Notes under the pieces: model-generated
What the model was told of the DNA's origin: nothing
Database searches by the model: none
The model's input: only the letters and a program-made list of their open reading frames with translations
Shown: positions 49,614 to 62,712 of the stretch, piece by piece
Layout: every line of letters starts with the position of its first letter
Numbering within the stretch: position 1 is the stretch's first letter
Source of the DNA: Sphagnum compactum
Lineage: Eukaryota
Length of the DNA: 64,000 bases
Assembly (NCBI GenBank): GCA_965153455.1
Contig: OZ234494.1
Span: 2,046,001-2,110,000, forward strand
Direction: 5' to 3'
Position numbers and translations under genes: made by a program

Positions 49614-52600
49614 ATGTACCCACTTTCCGGGAAGTTGGCGAAGAAGGTATGCCACTGTCGCCAGGACATTTTTGAGGGACTCTATTGCTGCTGCTGCTGC
49701 TGCTATCTACCTGCCTCTCTCTCTCGTGCTCTCTTGTATTACATAACACTCTCAAATCTATCTTTATTGCCTTTAGCTCAAACCCTAGATTTTGAAGGTT
49801 GTTTTTCAGGGTTGAACGGATCTTATACATAGATCAACAGATTCTTGAAATTTTTTTTTTGTTAAGAATGCTTGAGTATGTGGGTGTCATTGAGGTCTTT
49901 CATCTGATTTTTTAATTTTTAGTTTTTGCTGGTCATTTGAATGAGAGACTCGGGAAAGCCTTCTTCCTAAGGAAGGCTCAAGTGGGTGGCATTGGCTTTT
50001 AGTGATTTGTACTGTATATTATTGGTAACTGTGAAGGAAAGCGACAGTAATGGTGGGACTGGTACAGAAGCCAGGGATGTTCTAGCAAGATGGACTAGGT
50101 TTGAACTTTGAACAGCAGAGAGTTTAGGGTACTGACCAATACTGCTGTTGGACTTTTTCACTTCTTATGCAGCTGAAGAGGCCAACAAGGAACCCAAAGG
50201 TATGCATTCTTATTCTTCCGGCAGCCCTTAGTTTTTTGAGTGTGTCAATGTGGAACTTGCACATGAAGAAGATCAATCTGCATTTGTATTGCTTGGTAGC
50301 AAGTTGCAACAAGCAAATAGTGTGGACAGTAGTAGTGTGGACTTGACTAGCTGCAAGCAGATAATGGGGTTCATCCCCACCAGATGAGGTGAACCGGTCA
50401 GCACAGTCTGGGAACCCTAAGTGCATTTGTTACCCCTCAAAAAGACAATAACCCTAAGAGCATACCTTTGAAACCCACAGACCATGCTTGTTGGCATATG
50501 TAATGCTGTTGTCCACAGTCTCCACTTGCTTGAAGCAGCCAACAATATGTGCTGCTCTTTCAAGTGGGTTCAGCATTTCTAGCTCTCCATCATGCAACAC
50601 CTCAACAACTATGTGCTTCTTTTCCTTAGATCATTGACCTGTGCAAGTCACATTATAACCTGGCACATGATGTCTAGCTGAGCGTACTTTGGATTAAAGT
50701 ATTTATTTGATCCTGATAGAGTCTGGTTATATTTGATGCCAGTATGTTTTTGGGCCAGGTGTGATGTTTGCATGCAAGTATGGTGCTGCTGATTCAGGTT
50801 TTGTGAGCTGCAGGAAAAAAGACCAGTGTATGTTGGTCTCTAGCTGGTGAATGTCATAGTTAGGTTTTAGTCAACATCACACTCTTCTTTCTGTGACTCC
50901 AGATTCCCATTATTGCAGGAAATATTTAAGCGGTTGCCAGTTCCAAAGAAGCCTCAAGATTTTTCTTTGGCGCTGGACTTCATAAAGGAGGTCATGGAGA
51001 ATGAGAAGGAGCCCCCTCCTTACTTTCTCATCCGTCGCAGTATCTGCTCTAACATAGGTTATAAGGCGAGGTGTTGGTGATGTGAGAGAGTCAGATGCAT
51101 TAGCTCCTGCAGAATGGTCTGTTCAAGGGTTTCTGTTCAACATACTTAGAAGATGCAGATATTCTGTTTTTTTATCTCTGAAATTGATAGGAAAAAAACT
51201 AGTAGATGCCATGCAACTACATTATTGAGATCTGACCAGTTTATCTGGAGTCCTTGATTAGTGGAAAGATGTCTTTATGATCAAGAGGAAACGGGATGAT
51301 AGCGATGATGGTGTGGGATGTGGTTGTGGTTCCACTGGAGATACATGTGGGGAGGATTGTGAATGCAGGTTTGTCACTTTTGGAAATCAAAAGTTTTTAT
51401 GAGTGCATCGTATTCCTTATCCTTGTGGGGGTTGTATCTCCTCCGTTCTGTTCTTCATTCTTGCACAGACTAAACTGATTTAGAAATTCTATTGTGGAAC
51501 ATTTTGAAGCAATTGAAACTGAAGAGAGGATATTTGGCTCTAAAATTTGGAGATGTTGTGGGGAGGTAGGGTGCAGAGTATGAGCTGTTCCAAGAACTGC
51601 AATTGCCGTGACAATTGTTGCAACATGCCTTTCCGGAAAGAAAGGCGCCTCAAAGTGGTAAAGGTATGCCCTTCTTTTTAGGTCAGCTATGAGGTGAGTC
51701 CAATCTTCCAGTTGCCTTCCCATGTGAAAACCTGTCTTACACATTATCACCACAAATGAAGTAGAGCATTCATGTCAATAACATGGTTGCATTTATCTAT
51801 ACAGCTTGCAAGTGAACCAATCGGTATTTCAGGCGATTGATGAGATGACAGGTCGTATATGCAGACAAAGACAACACTGTGACAACTTACAGTTTCCCCT
51901 AGTGTTATGACCTCAATGTGTTCATCTCAATGTGCATCTCTTTGACAACGGCCAGAGGAAGGAAACAAGAGGAGAATGCATTTCACAGTTGTGTGATTGG
52001 GCTCTGTATCTGCTGACTATGTACTTGTCTTTTATTCCCTGTAAGCATGTGGGTGTATGCTCTGCTGTGTACATTCTCCCTTTGTGTGGATGTTGCCCAC
52101 CAGGGTGTATATCACAGTCCAGACTGCCAGGTATCACTGGTAGATTGGACATTATGTTAAAAAGGACCAAGATGTAGTCATGAGTGGTTGCTCAGGAGGC
52201 CCAGTTTACTGCCTGCTGTCCAAGCCTTGCTAAAGAGAGACAGATCTGGTGAATACATGGACCAATTGCTGAATATGATGGTCTTTGCTGGTCTTTGGGA
52301 GCCAGACAGAACATTGTGGGTGGGGTGCACAAGCTGCTGAATTTATCCGAAAGGGTGACTTTGTTATCGAGTACACAGGGGAAGGTATGTCAATGGCATT
52401 CTAGGAGCAAGAAAGCAAAGATCAGGAGGAAGCATGAGTGGACTATAGCCAATATTTGCCTGAAAAGATTTTTCTGGAAAAAAGAAGCTGCAAGAGAAAT
52501 AAACCTAATTTATCTGTGTCATGTATAATGCATGTGTTGAGTGGTACCAGTCTTCAAACATCATGCTGAATGATTGTCTGTGATACTCTGGGAGGGAACT

Positions 52601-54709
52601 GATCTTGGCCAGATATGACTGCAGTGATAAATGATGCAATGTGTGAGAAGCGGCTCTGGGAAATGAAGGGCCGCCGAAGTATTTGCAACTTCTACATGTG
52701 TGAGATTGCCAAGGACTTTATTATTGATGCCACCACGAAGGGAAATGTGTCTCGGTATCTCAACCACAGCTGTCTACCCAATTGCAAGCTTGAGAAATGG
52801 TTTTTGACCTTTCCCTCCCACCATTGTTAAATCCTGCGAGAACCAGATGACTATATTGTCTGCTGGCTCTACTTTTTCATTTCTCCCAGTAGATGAATAT
52901 GCATAAGATGCTGCCAATGCTGCGTAAAGATGCAATGTATATTACATTTGAAATCCTGTGCCCAGGTATCATATTTTTAATGGTCTAGATGGCAGTTTTG
53001 GATAGAGTTTCACATCCTGGTGGTGTGAAGTTTGTTGGCTCCAGTGGTGGCTCACTACTATTCAGGTCCATGCCCTCAAGCCTGACATCTGCAAAAGGAG
53101 AAATTGTATAGAGGAAGGGCAGATGATCTTTCTCTCCCTCTCTGGTCTCTGCTGCTGATTAACTCATAGCTACTGACTCGCTGCTGGTATAGGATGTGTT
53201 CAGTCCATGCATGTGTCTTAGTCTCTGATATAAGCTGGATAATTTTATAGCTACTCATTGGCTGCTGGTATAGGATGTCTCCAGTTCATCCATATGTGTT
53301 TAGTCTCTGATACAAGCTGCATAGTTTTTGTCCATATTAGGAACCACCAGTAGAGCTCATCATACTTAGAGAGCCTGATGATTTCTCATGGCAGTCATAG
53401 AAGGTGGGTACCCGGTGGACTTTTGAAGGTTTTAAAGTATGTGAAGATATCCTGAGTCTTCTGCAGCTGTAAATATTAGCAGTTCTTGAGTGTACGGGCA
53501 TTGTATGGTAGAACTCTTCTTGGACCTATATACTATAGGAGGATGGCATGATACATTCTCAACTAAGCTGACCCCTGTATGAGCAGTAAAGTAATGGTCA
53601 CTTATGGAAACATACTGGGTACCAAATTAGGAATATCTAGTTGCAGCAACAAGACTGCTGTTATACTGACTTCATTGATCTTTTTTCTAGTGGCTTTAGC
53701 GGATGTTCTGCATCCAAGTAGTCACCAGTGGTGTGCTTAAAGGATATGTTCAGGGTGCAGGAGGCCCCAACCACTACCCTATATATAGGCCTCTATGTCT
53801 TTTAGGCATAGATGCTTGCATATACAGGGACATGCTAAAATGAAATAAAAGCTCTTTCCTTCAGAAGCTTGTTGCAGCTTGAATGAGGATACTGTTGACT
53901 TTTTGATTTAGCAATGTCTCTGAGTGCTAGCCAACATCACGTCTGAGTCTTCCCATTGCTTCCGGAAAGGCAACAGAAACTCAGGACGCAGATTGTGTAT
54001 AATGGTTTGCCCAAGTTTTTGGGAAGATTATTATATGCTTATCTACACCCACTGTTGGGAGCTGATGAACTCAGTGGGTAGTCATGGCGGCTCGTCACTG
54101 CCGTTCATGATGAAGGTGATGGTCTGTCACTTTGTGAGCGACTCTCATGAGGTTATGACTGCACTCATTGTCGTGTTACCTTTAATTGTTGTTGTGGAGA
54201 TTTCTCTGCAACTTCATCGATCTCTCTTATACTGACATGGATCAAAACATTTGTGCACAGGCGAGTGGATGGTGAAACCAGAGTTGGGGTGTTTGCACTA
54301 AGAGACATCAATGTTGGTGAATCTGTGACCTATGATTACAAGTGCGTAGCTCTGCTTACTTTTCATTTCTAATTGTGTTGCCATTAGTCACATTTAACCA
54401 GAAGAGGTATCTCTCTTGAAGTGCAAAGATTGATTTCCTGATTGTGTCAAGATTATCTATATTATGAAAAGGTGGTTTTGGAGTGCATGTAGGTATATTG
54501 AGTTTGGTCCAAATGTGAAATGCTGTTGTGGAGCTCCCAACTGCCGGGGTGCAATTGGAGAGAGGTTTAACAGCAACCGAGTGAAGTCCAGATGCAGTGA
54601 GTTCTGCATCAAGTGGGGTTTTCAGCAAAAGCGGTCATCTCTACTCACACAATCTCCACCCCTATTTGATGGTTTGAGAATACAGAAGAAGCAACAGAGT
54701 GCATGGTGA
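49614..54709 (+). CDS. ASHR3: ASHR3/SDG4-like histone-lysine N-methyltransferase (AWS-SET-postSET), about 308 aa
   Basis: Exons 49614-49646, 50173-50199, 50919-51039, 51269-51368, 51570-51663, 52306-52384, 52625-52799, 54261-54341, 54493-54709 (927 nt, phases agree). Motifs: PPPYFLIRRNVF, DDGVGC, CRVQSMSCSKNC, KTEHCGWG, IEYTGEVI, FYMCEIAKDFIIDAT, RYLNHSCLPNC, GETRVGVFA, VTYDY, CCCGAPNCRG. The first two short exons are less certain. Confidence 0.9.
53166..53328. repeat. ~80-bp tandem duplication in intron 7 of the ASHR3-like gene
   Basis: atagctact…gctgctggtataggatgt…tagtctctgata.aagctg occurs twice in tandem. Confidence 0.85.
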
Positions 54710-55059
54710 ACATCACAATGACAAACTCTATGGTGTACCATTGTAAAATGTACACATTCACTGTGAAGTGCAACCATTGATCAGGTGAAGGCAGTTAGCC
54801 ATGCGTAAAGCAATCTCATGATAGGTTGTACCCCTATAGGAAGTGTTGTAGCTGGATGAAAAATTGTATTGATTTAACATTTGTGCCTGTCCAAAGGTTG
54901 AAAATCATTTGGAAACCCTCAATGTATGTGCTTTTGTGGGTTTCCTGGTGGCTGTTTCCAGTTGAAATTGGAGATTGGACTCTGGATGCTTATGCAAAAG
55001 GTGGTGATGCTGTGATCGTTTCATTGTAGAGATTCTTCCCAAAATCAAGACACTTTTAT

Positions 55060-55927
55060 TGTGACCCTAATTTCTGGGCATGTGAAATAATGAAAAGGAA
55101 AATAATTCAAGAATAATGTGGAGAGTGTGATGGGATCAAGTGGAGGATTCCCAAAAGGGCTTGAGGTGCGCTCACTTTATAAGTTGAAACTTCCAAGAAG
55201 TCATGAATGCTAATAGAATAATTTTGGAGACGTCAAAACATGTGTAAGTTAAAGTGATTTTGGTAGTGTTGGAAATACTTCAAATGAAAGCTAGAAGATA
55301 GTGAAAGATTATGCACTACCTTACATAATATGTTAAAACTCCTCAAGTTCTTGTCATGACATAACAAATTCTCAAAATCCTTTTGTTGAAATTGAAACAA
55401 ATTTATGTTTCATAGATTTTGTAATTCATGACTCTCACAAAACATACTTATGAGACATGTGAGAGCATTTGCTTATATGGCCTTATCATAACCTTTTCTT
55501 GATTTTATTCCTCCACAAATTTCCTGAGTGGTTGTGACTTTTCATCGATACTGTTTTTGGACTTTTCAAACCCTCATACTATCCATAAAGACTATTTCTT
55601 TAGAAATATGATTCCAACATTTTATAACCTTCATTGGAATATTGCTCATGACACCAAGACCATTTTATTGGAACATGTCTTGACTTTTGACCCTTTGCAA
55701 CCGTCACTCCAAACATTTGGAACTCATCTAAATTTTAACTCTTGAAATGGGAATTAAAGTTGAAGATTTTGGACTGCTTCGGTTTGACCTTGTGCACAAT
55801 TCCCACTTTGAAGGGGGTGTGTTTTTATTCCTTTCAACTTATGTAATGCTTTGGCCTTGCTCTCCACCGATCTCCCAATCTGGTAAGCCCCAACCTTGGT
55901 CACAAGCCAAGGAAAAGGTTGCAACAA
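55060..55927 (+). mobile_element. Degraded LTR-like repeat
   Basis: Starts tgtgaccctaattt and ends ccaaggaaaaggttgcaaca, giving TG…CA-like termini. It resembles moss Gypsy LTR ends as I recall them. No TSD confirmed. Confidence 0.35.
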
Positions 55928-58749
55928 CTTTCTATTATAGGATCGTAGTCTTTATGCATGTTCGCAACATGTTTACAAATGTTCTATTGTTGTCTAATGA
56001 TAATACAATTTTATAATATGATTCCTTGATAATCGCTTAACGTGTCTTAACTCTTTGCTATGCATGTAATCTTTGCAAATAGGCTCATAACTCTAGATTT
56101 TCTTAGTGTTGAAAGACACCTCCTTCATTAAAAAAAACATTTTGAATTTAATTTGATCAAAAGTGCATAAAATTTTTGAAAAATTATTGGCTTGCTTAAA
56201 TTTTTCTTCAACAAGAGGCAACTATCTGATGCTCGAGTATGTGTCCATTTACTAATGTTTTTAGGTAAGTTTCAATAGTACAAATGATTAAATTATGTCA
56301 TTTTGTATAATTGTTAAGGGTAACATGATAACATGATAATTTTCATAGGTTCATATATATGAACTAAAGTGTGTAAAATTAGACATTTTAAAGTAGTTCA
56401 ACTTTTTGGCTTGATTTAAAAAATAATAATATTAACTTGGAAAAAAATTCATTAAAAAAGGGTTATTCATATAATTTCAATTTTTGTTAGGAGATCATCC
56501 TTTCCTAAAATGGGGTTTGCACCTTTATTGATCTTCCTCCCCTATCATTCTTAACACAATGTATAGTATTAAAAGTCAATGGAGAAGAAAAAAATTGAAT
56601 AAATTGTGATTGACATTGCAATCAAAGATTCCATTGCTAGAAAGAAGATTACATTTTATTATTGTCATGTGTGTCAACCAAGCTTGGAATACCAAAGGCT
56701 TGAAACTTAGAAGGTCCTACCTTCTTAAATTGCTTTCTTGAACAACGTGTTTTGAAAAGATGCAAACATCCTCCATTTTACGATATTAGCATAGTGTGAA
56801 AGAAGTTGGTTACATAATGAATTCTACTCTTTGGTGAACTCACATCAGATTCTTCCTTTTGAAATATTTTTCAATGTTGATAGTTGAACTTCATTTTCAT
56901 TATTTTTGTATATGGTAGGACAAGTATGACCTTCAATAGTTATTTCTTTCCTTCTTGGCCTATTGTCATGTTCTCTTCTAAAAATTGGTAGTCTCATCTC
57001 ATTTTACAACTGTATGTTGTCACAATATTGATGATATTACTCATGATACAACTTACAACTATATTTTAAAATTTACAACAAGTTTTTGTAAAGAAACGAA
57101 TGGAAAAAAATTTGTAGCCTTATGGGAGTTCATCCAATTATAGGTAAGTGATCCCTTAGTTAATGACTAGAGGGCTCCTTGCAAAAAAAAAGAAAGAAAA
57201 TTTGGTCATGTCCCCTCTACTTATTTATACAACTAACATTATATACACTAAATTAGTTACATTTGTTTACTTGGGCTCTGTGTTACTTTGCACTACTAAT
57301 GATATGTTACTGTACATGTATTTCTTAGGGAAATGTTATCCAACATGTTGGGTGAACTAGCACCTACACTTCTATCATGATAAAAATTCAAAAATATTTT
57401 TAAACTGCTTCTAGACATTATAAATTTGTTTTCATACATCTAAAGGCACAAAAGTCAAAAAATGGAATCAATGCTCACAAAGAAGGAAGAATAATAATAA
57501 TCTTACACCGTACTTGAAAATAAATCAACAATAAACTAATGTGAAAAAACTTTGGGAAAATCCTCTCAAGGTGACTTTTTCCTTCCTTCCAAAAGAAGCC
57601 CATTTATTGCATCAACATGGTTTGTTGTGTAATACAAATCTATAAAGAGTAGTTTCATGTTGTATATTTTGTTTTTTCATGTGAGAATGCACAATTTACA
57701 AACACACATTCATTGAAATAAATTACAATCATTCTTCACATGCCATTTTATATTAGCTTTGTACAATATATGATCTCAATCAAGTTGGGATTTAAAGAGA
57801 ACATGGAGATAATGGCTCAACAAGCTTCTACAAAATTATATCAATAGTAGATACACAATATACTTGTTATATGTATTTTTTCTTTCTTTCTTCAAGATTA
57901 GGGCAATTGGTTGGATGTAAGATTTTATTCATAGCCATTATTGAAATTTTACCTTGATTAAAGGGGTGGTTACCTTCCCCACATTTAGACCCATCCCAAT
58001 TTTATTTAGTGTGCACACAAAAAATTAAATATCAAAAGTTATATTAAAAGATTATGAACACATTACAATAACATTTAGAGAGTTGAAGGTTTTCAAAGTA
58101 TTCTTCACTATAATCCAAAATGAAAGGGATGTAATCTATGTTGGGAGAAAATTGGAAAACACCGAGTAGTAATAACAATGTGTGTTTAATTTTCAAGTTT
58201 GAGTAATTGATAAGTGTTTTACAAGTGGAGTTCAAGTTGTCATGCAAATTTTTTAATACTAAAGTTATATTTGATAAAAATGTTTTGTTCTTCATGTCCA
58301 ATTTTCAAGTACTATTCATTTTCATTTATTCACTTTTGTTCAAGAAATGGCATCTACAAATCACACATGTTCATAATTGTATGTAGGTATACATGCTACA
58401 AAAACGACAACATTGAAAACCATGGGAACTACAAAATGATATATCTAATGAAGGATTGTTGTATAATTTCATGAATTCTTGATTATTTGAAAAAATGTTA
58501 ATGCACACATGTAAAACATACTTGATTGTGGATGGTTTATAATGTTGCAATGATGTCTTTTTCATGAATTTCATTTTATAAGCTGCTTAATCTTATGTCC
58601 TTAACACAATATATTCAAGTTGTAAACATTATATTATCACACAAAACATTGGAGGTTGCAAATCACACATGTCATAAGTGAATTCATCATCATCAAAATT
58701 AAAAACTAAGGACAATAATTTGTTTGTTTATTTGTCACATTGAAATCTC

Positions 58750-59770
58750 CAAAACCACAATGCTCCTCGCAATGCTTTTGGTAATGTTGGAAAGCCTTCA
58801 AAGAATAGGGGTGCATTGTAGTGGTTTGGTAGTGTTTAGACCTATGGTGCAAGAGTTATTGAATATTGAACAAATTTATTAGATACAATTCAAAGAAACA
58901 AAACTAAATATTGAAAAAAAATTGGGGCAAAATTTTGGTATCCTTGAAAAGCCATTGATTAGTGGGATTCCTTGGAGGTGATTTTGTAAAATTGAGATCT
59001 AAGATGGGGGAAATATTGAATAATTTTCATCAGTATAAATTAATATATTTTTTCCCAATTGAGCTTATCATCAAGGTTTTGTTCACATTTGGAACAATAG
59101 TCCTATACACATGTGGGCTAACATTGCATGCCAAAAACTAATCTATGTATTAAAATAATTTTTATTTCATTTATTATGTGAAGATCTCCCAAAACATCAC
59201 ACCCCCTACCATGCTCTTTATCATGTTGGAAAGCCTTCAATGAGTAAGGGTGCACACAATTGTGGTTATTCTAATCTTTAGACCTATGGTGTGGGAGTTA
59301 TTGAATATTGAACAATTTTGTCGAAGAAAAGTTCATAAAATCAAAACTAAATATTTTTTTTGTATTGGGCCCACTCTTGATGTTGTTGGAAAGCCCCTAA
59401 AAAGTTGGATTTAATGGAGGCAATTTCGTAAAATTTAGACCGAAGTTGCGAGAGAGATTGAATTCTGAGTAATGTTTGTCATTGAAACTAATTTAAAAAA
59501 TATTATTTCCACAATTGGACTTTATCCTGAGGGATCCTGTTCACACTTGGGTCAGTAAGTCAGTGCCACGGAGGCCACACTAAAGTATTGAAAAATGAGA
59601 TAGAAACTGGACCGAGCAGGGTATCAAAAAAACTGATACCCGCGCACCACCGGATTCGTCCCTTCACCCTCCCCCCCCCCCCCAAACAGGAGCGCCCCTG
59701 GGTGCTACCCGGACGCTAACTTGGCGGCAGCACCGCCGCGGCTTTAGTGGCGCTCCTACCACCTAGCAGC
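58750..59770 (+). mobile_element. Two tandem ~400-bp repeat units ending in a GC-rich stem-loop (non-autonomous Helitron-like)
   Basis: Units at about 58750-59100 and 59185-59580 are the same family as at 43.8-44.6 kb. They are followed by aggagcgcc…ggcgctcct with an internal ggcgg/ccgcc stem, then CTAG at about 59763. Confidence 0.5.
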
Positions 59771-61448
59771 TTTTCTAGCCGCCAGGCTACAAAGTTGGGG
59801 TTGTAAGCGTCAGGCGGAGGAGATTTGGAATCTAGTCTGTTGAAAACAGGGCGTGCTCTGGAGTAGCTGGCTGCATGCCTCCTACAAATTGCACATTGCC
59901 ACATAAAAAACACCAAATTCTCAAAGCCACTTTTATTAGGCGGCTTTGCTTTGGTCCCTTCTAGGACCCCAAAAGGCAGGGGGAGAAAGCACAAAAGCAC
60001 AAAGCACTCCACCATTTTGTTTGGATTTGAACTCTAGAAGTATTATAAATAGCATAAGAATAGTTGAAAACTCAAGGGGTCAATCTCTTAACAGATGCTT
60101 GGCTTGGAAATTGGTTTTCCATAAGCGAAAGATCAGATGGAGTTTGAGTGGTGTATGCTCTCCACTTTCCCTCCACAATAATAACCAAAAAAAGAAAAGA
60201 ATGTGGAGTTGTTGGCTTGATGATGCATGCCTAAGCCCTAAAATGGCCTTTGCATTCTACTTGGGATGAAGTACAGCCTTCAAAAATCATAATATATACC
60301 TGGCCAGTTCCACACTAAATTCTATTATTTTGGGAGATGTTGAAATTTTCAAAAAACATCAGAATTAAATTTTTTTCTTGAGGAGAAAATTAAAGAATCT
60401 GCTATGGAATATTTGAGAATATCTATCATTTTGTCAAAATGGAATCCTCAAAATTAATTGATTATTCAATCCCCAAACATGTGACCAAGCTACTACAATG
60501 TGTGGAAATGGGTTTGGACCTGTAAATCTGCACTCAATCCACAAAACCCAGTAAACAACTGACCATTTTTGGCAGGTTGAGCATAATGATTGGTCCAGGT
60601 GGTGGCATTTAAATAGTCTCTCACCTCATACTCTCAAATTTTTTTAATGCAGATGGGGGGGGGGGGTGGGGAAACAATTAAAACTCTGTTGGATGTGATA
60701 AACATTGGTAGAAGGCCAAATTTTCATTAATACAATTATTAAAATTTTTAAAAGCCCAATAGGTAGTGTGTTCTTAGGAAGGGCTATTAATCCAGGCCAA
60801 AAATAGTGGCAGCCAATTTTAGGAATAGAATTTCCATGCAACGAGTGAGAAGATGAGTCATGGACGAAGGGGTCTCCCTATTTTTCTTGTGGGCAGACCT
60901 GCTCTCAAATGTGGAGTAGACGCATGCAGTTGGGCAGTTTGTCGTGCTCGGCAGAAGAGCTCTATCCTTGAAATGTTGGATCAAACTACAAAATATGATT
61001 GTAAATCCCAGTGCAAATTCTGTGCTATTCTCCTGCAATGATGCATTTGTTGAAGTTTGGACCGTAATTCTCTAGTGTTGACGGAGGGTGTTATTATTAG
61101 GTCATGTTTTGCCAGTGCTTGCAATAGGACCCGCTTCAGGAAGCGTTGGAACTGGTTTAAAAGCATACCTTCGGTGAGATCTCACGCTTACTAGGTTGCA
61201 TTTACCAAGGCATTAATTAAGTACTGGCAGAGTTCATAACGTTTCTGTTCCATGGGACGTTGAGCTTGATTGTGCCAGGATTCACAGCGTTTTTTCTAGG
61301 CATTTTTTTAATGTAGCCTAAACAAGATCTGAAGTTCAAATCTTTTATCAACCTTCTATATTTAAAGTGACACACTTGAGTTATCCGTAAAGTCACCTTG
61401 TGTTCACACTCTCTTTCACCGCTATCCCCTCTTTCAATGGTATCTGCA

Positions 61449-62712
61449 AAGTAAGGAAATTTTATTGAATCTCACTATGACATGCTGAAACTCAGAGTTT
61501 AATGCACAAGGTTCGAGATTAATTATAGTAGTTGTACAGGTAGGAGCAGTGAAAGTATATGTAGCAGCAGTGGAGGCGCTCAGGAAAAAGGAAAGACAGG
61601 ATGAAACTCAGGAACTAGTTTGGGTCACAGTTATTTCGTTTTGTAAAATTTTCATTCCCAGCTACGTGTTTGATGGCCTATTATGCTGAAACTGGCCGTT
61701 CTCGCCCCCTAATCGCATGACTTTATGGACAAATCTACTGAAAACCAAGTATAAAAATCTGGCGAATTTTACTTTGTTTTTGTAACTTCTGATTAAAACA
61801 TCATACGTGTCATTCCAAAATCATGTCATCTTCCAATTTCGCTTGTAGTATATAATATTAGGTTCTCTAGTTACGAGAGATCCACAACCTCATGAGCATC
61901 TTTGAGTTTTGTTGAACATTGTCTAACATTAACTGCAGTGCCTAATCAATCAGAGCTTCAAGACACTTTATAATGTTGAAAATAGAGCCAACCCAGCCTC
62001 TTTTCTCACCCTTTGTGCTCATGGAGATAGTCTCTAATACCTACTTTGATGCAAACGGGGCCCACATCTTATGTACAACTGAATTTGGAGAAGTTCAATT
62101 AGTGTGACCAGATAGGGTTTTGAAAATTTTCATGCAACATGAATGATGGATGAGTAGTGAAAGTTAGTATTTGGGTGCATGACTGGGGAGGTGCTAGAAA
62201 ACAGATGCACAGTGCAGCTGACCCTGCATTAATTGTGGGGATTTGGGATGACATGATGCCCCCACGTTCATGGCACAGGTCACTTTGAGGGATAGACTGA
62301 CCAGTGACTCCTAGGTTACTTTGGACACTGTGTTGAACTACTGAAGAAACAGTGGAAGACTGTTCTCTGACTCTGGTCCATTAGATAAACACATGCTAGA
62401 ACAAGGGATGTGTCACACTGTGGCCTTGCCATTTACATTAAAAAGTATCTTAAGGCAAAAGAAGAATTATGGAAACTCAATCATTTCACCGTGCCAAAAT
62501 TTAATCTTCAAAAAATCCTCTAGAGTCTTTGGGCCTCTTTCAGCACTATTGTAAAGTAAAGAAATTTTATTGAATTTGGGTACGAAATGCTGAAACTCAG
62601 CATTTAATGCATAAGGTTCAAGAGTAATTATAGTAAGTTGTAAAGGTGGGAGTAGTGAAATTATGTGTAGCAATTGTGGAGGTGCTAGGAAAAGGGAAAG
62701 TCAAGGTGAACT
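61449..62712. repeat. Diverged ~160-bp direct repeat pair
   Basis: aagta..gaaattttattgaat…atgctgaaactcag..tttaatgca.aaggttc.aga.taattatagta…gtggagg.gct at 61449-61610 and 62554-62712. Confidence 0.8.

Noticed and set aside
60853..61240. Short Cys-containing ORF and possible small exons
   Set aside because: No recognisable motif and no consistent exon chain could be built.
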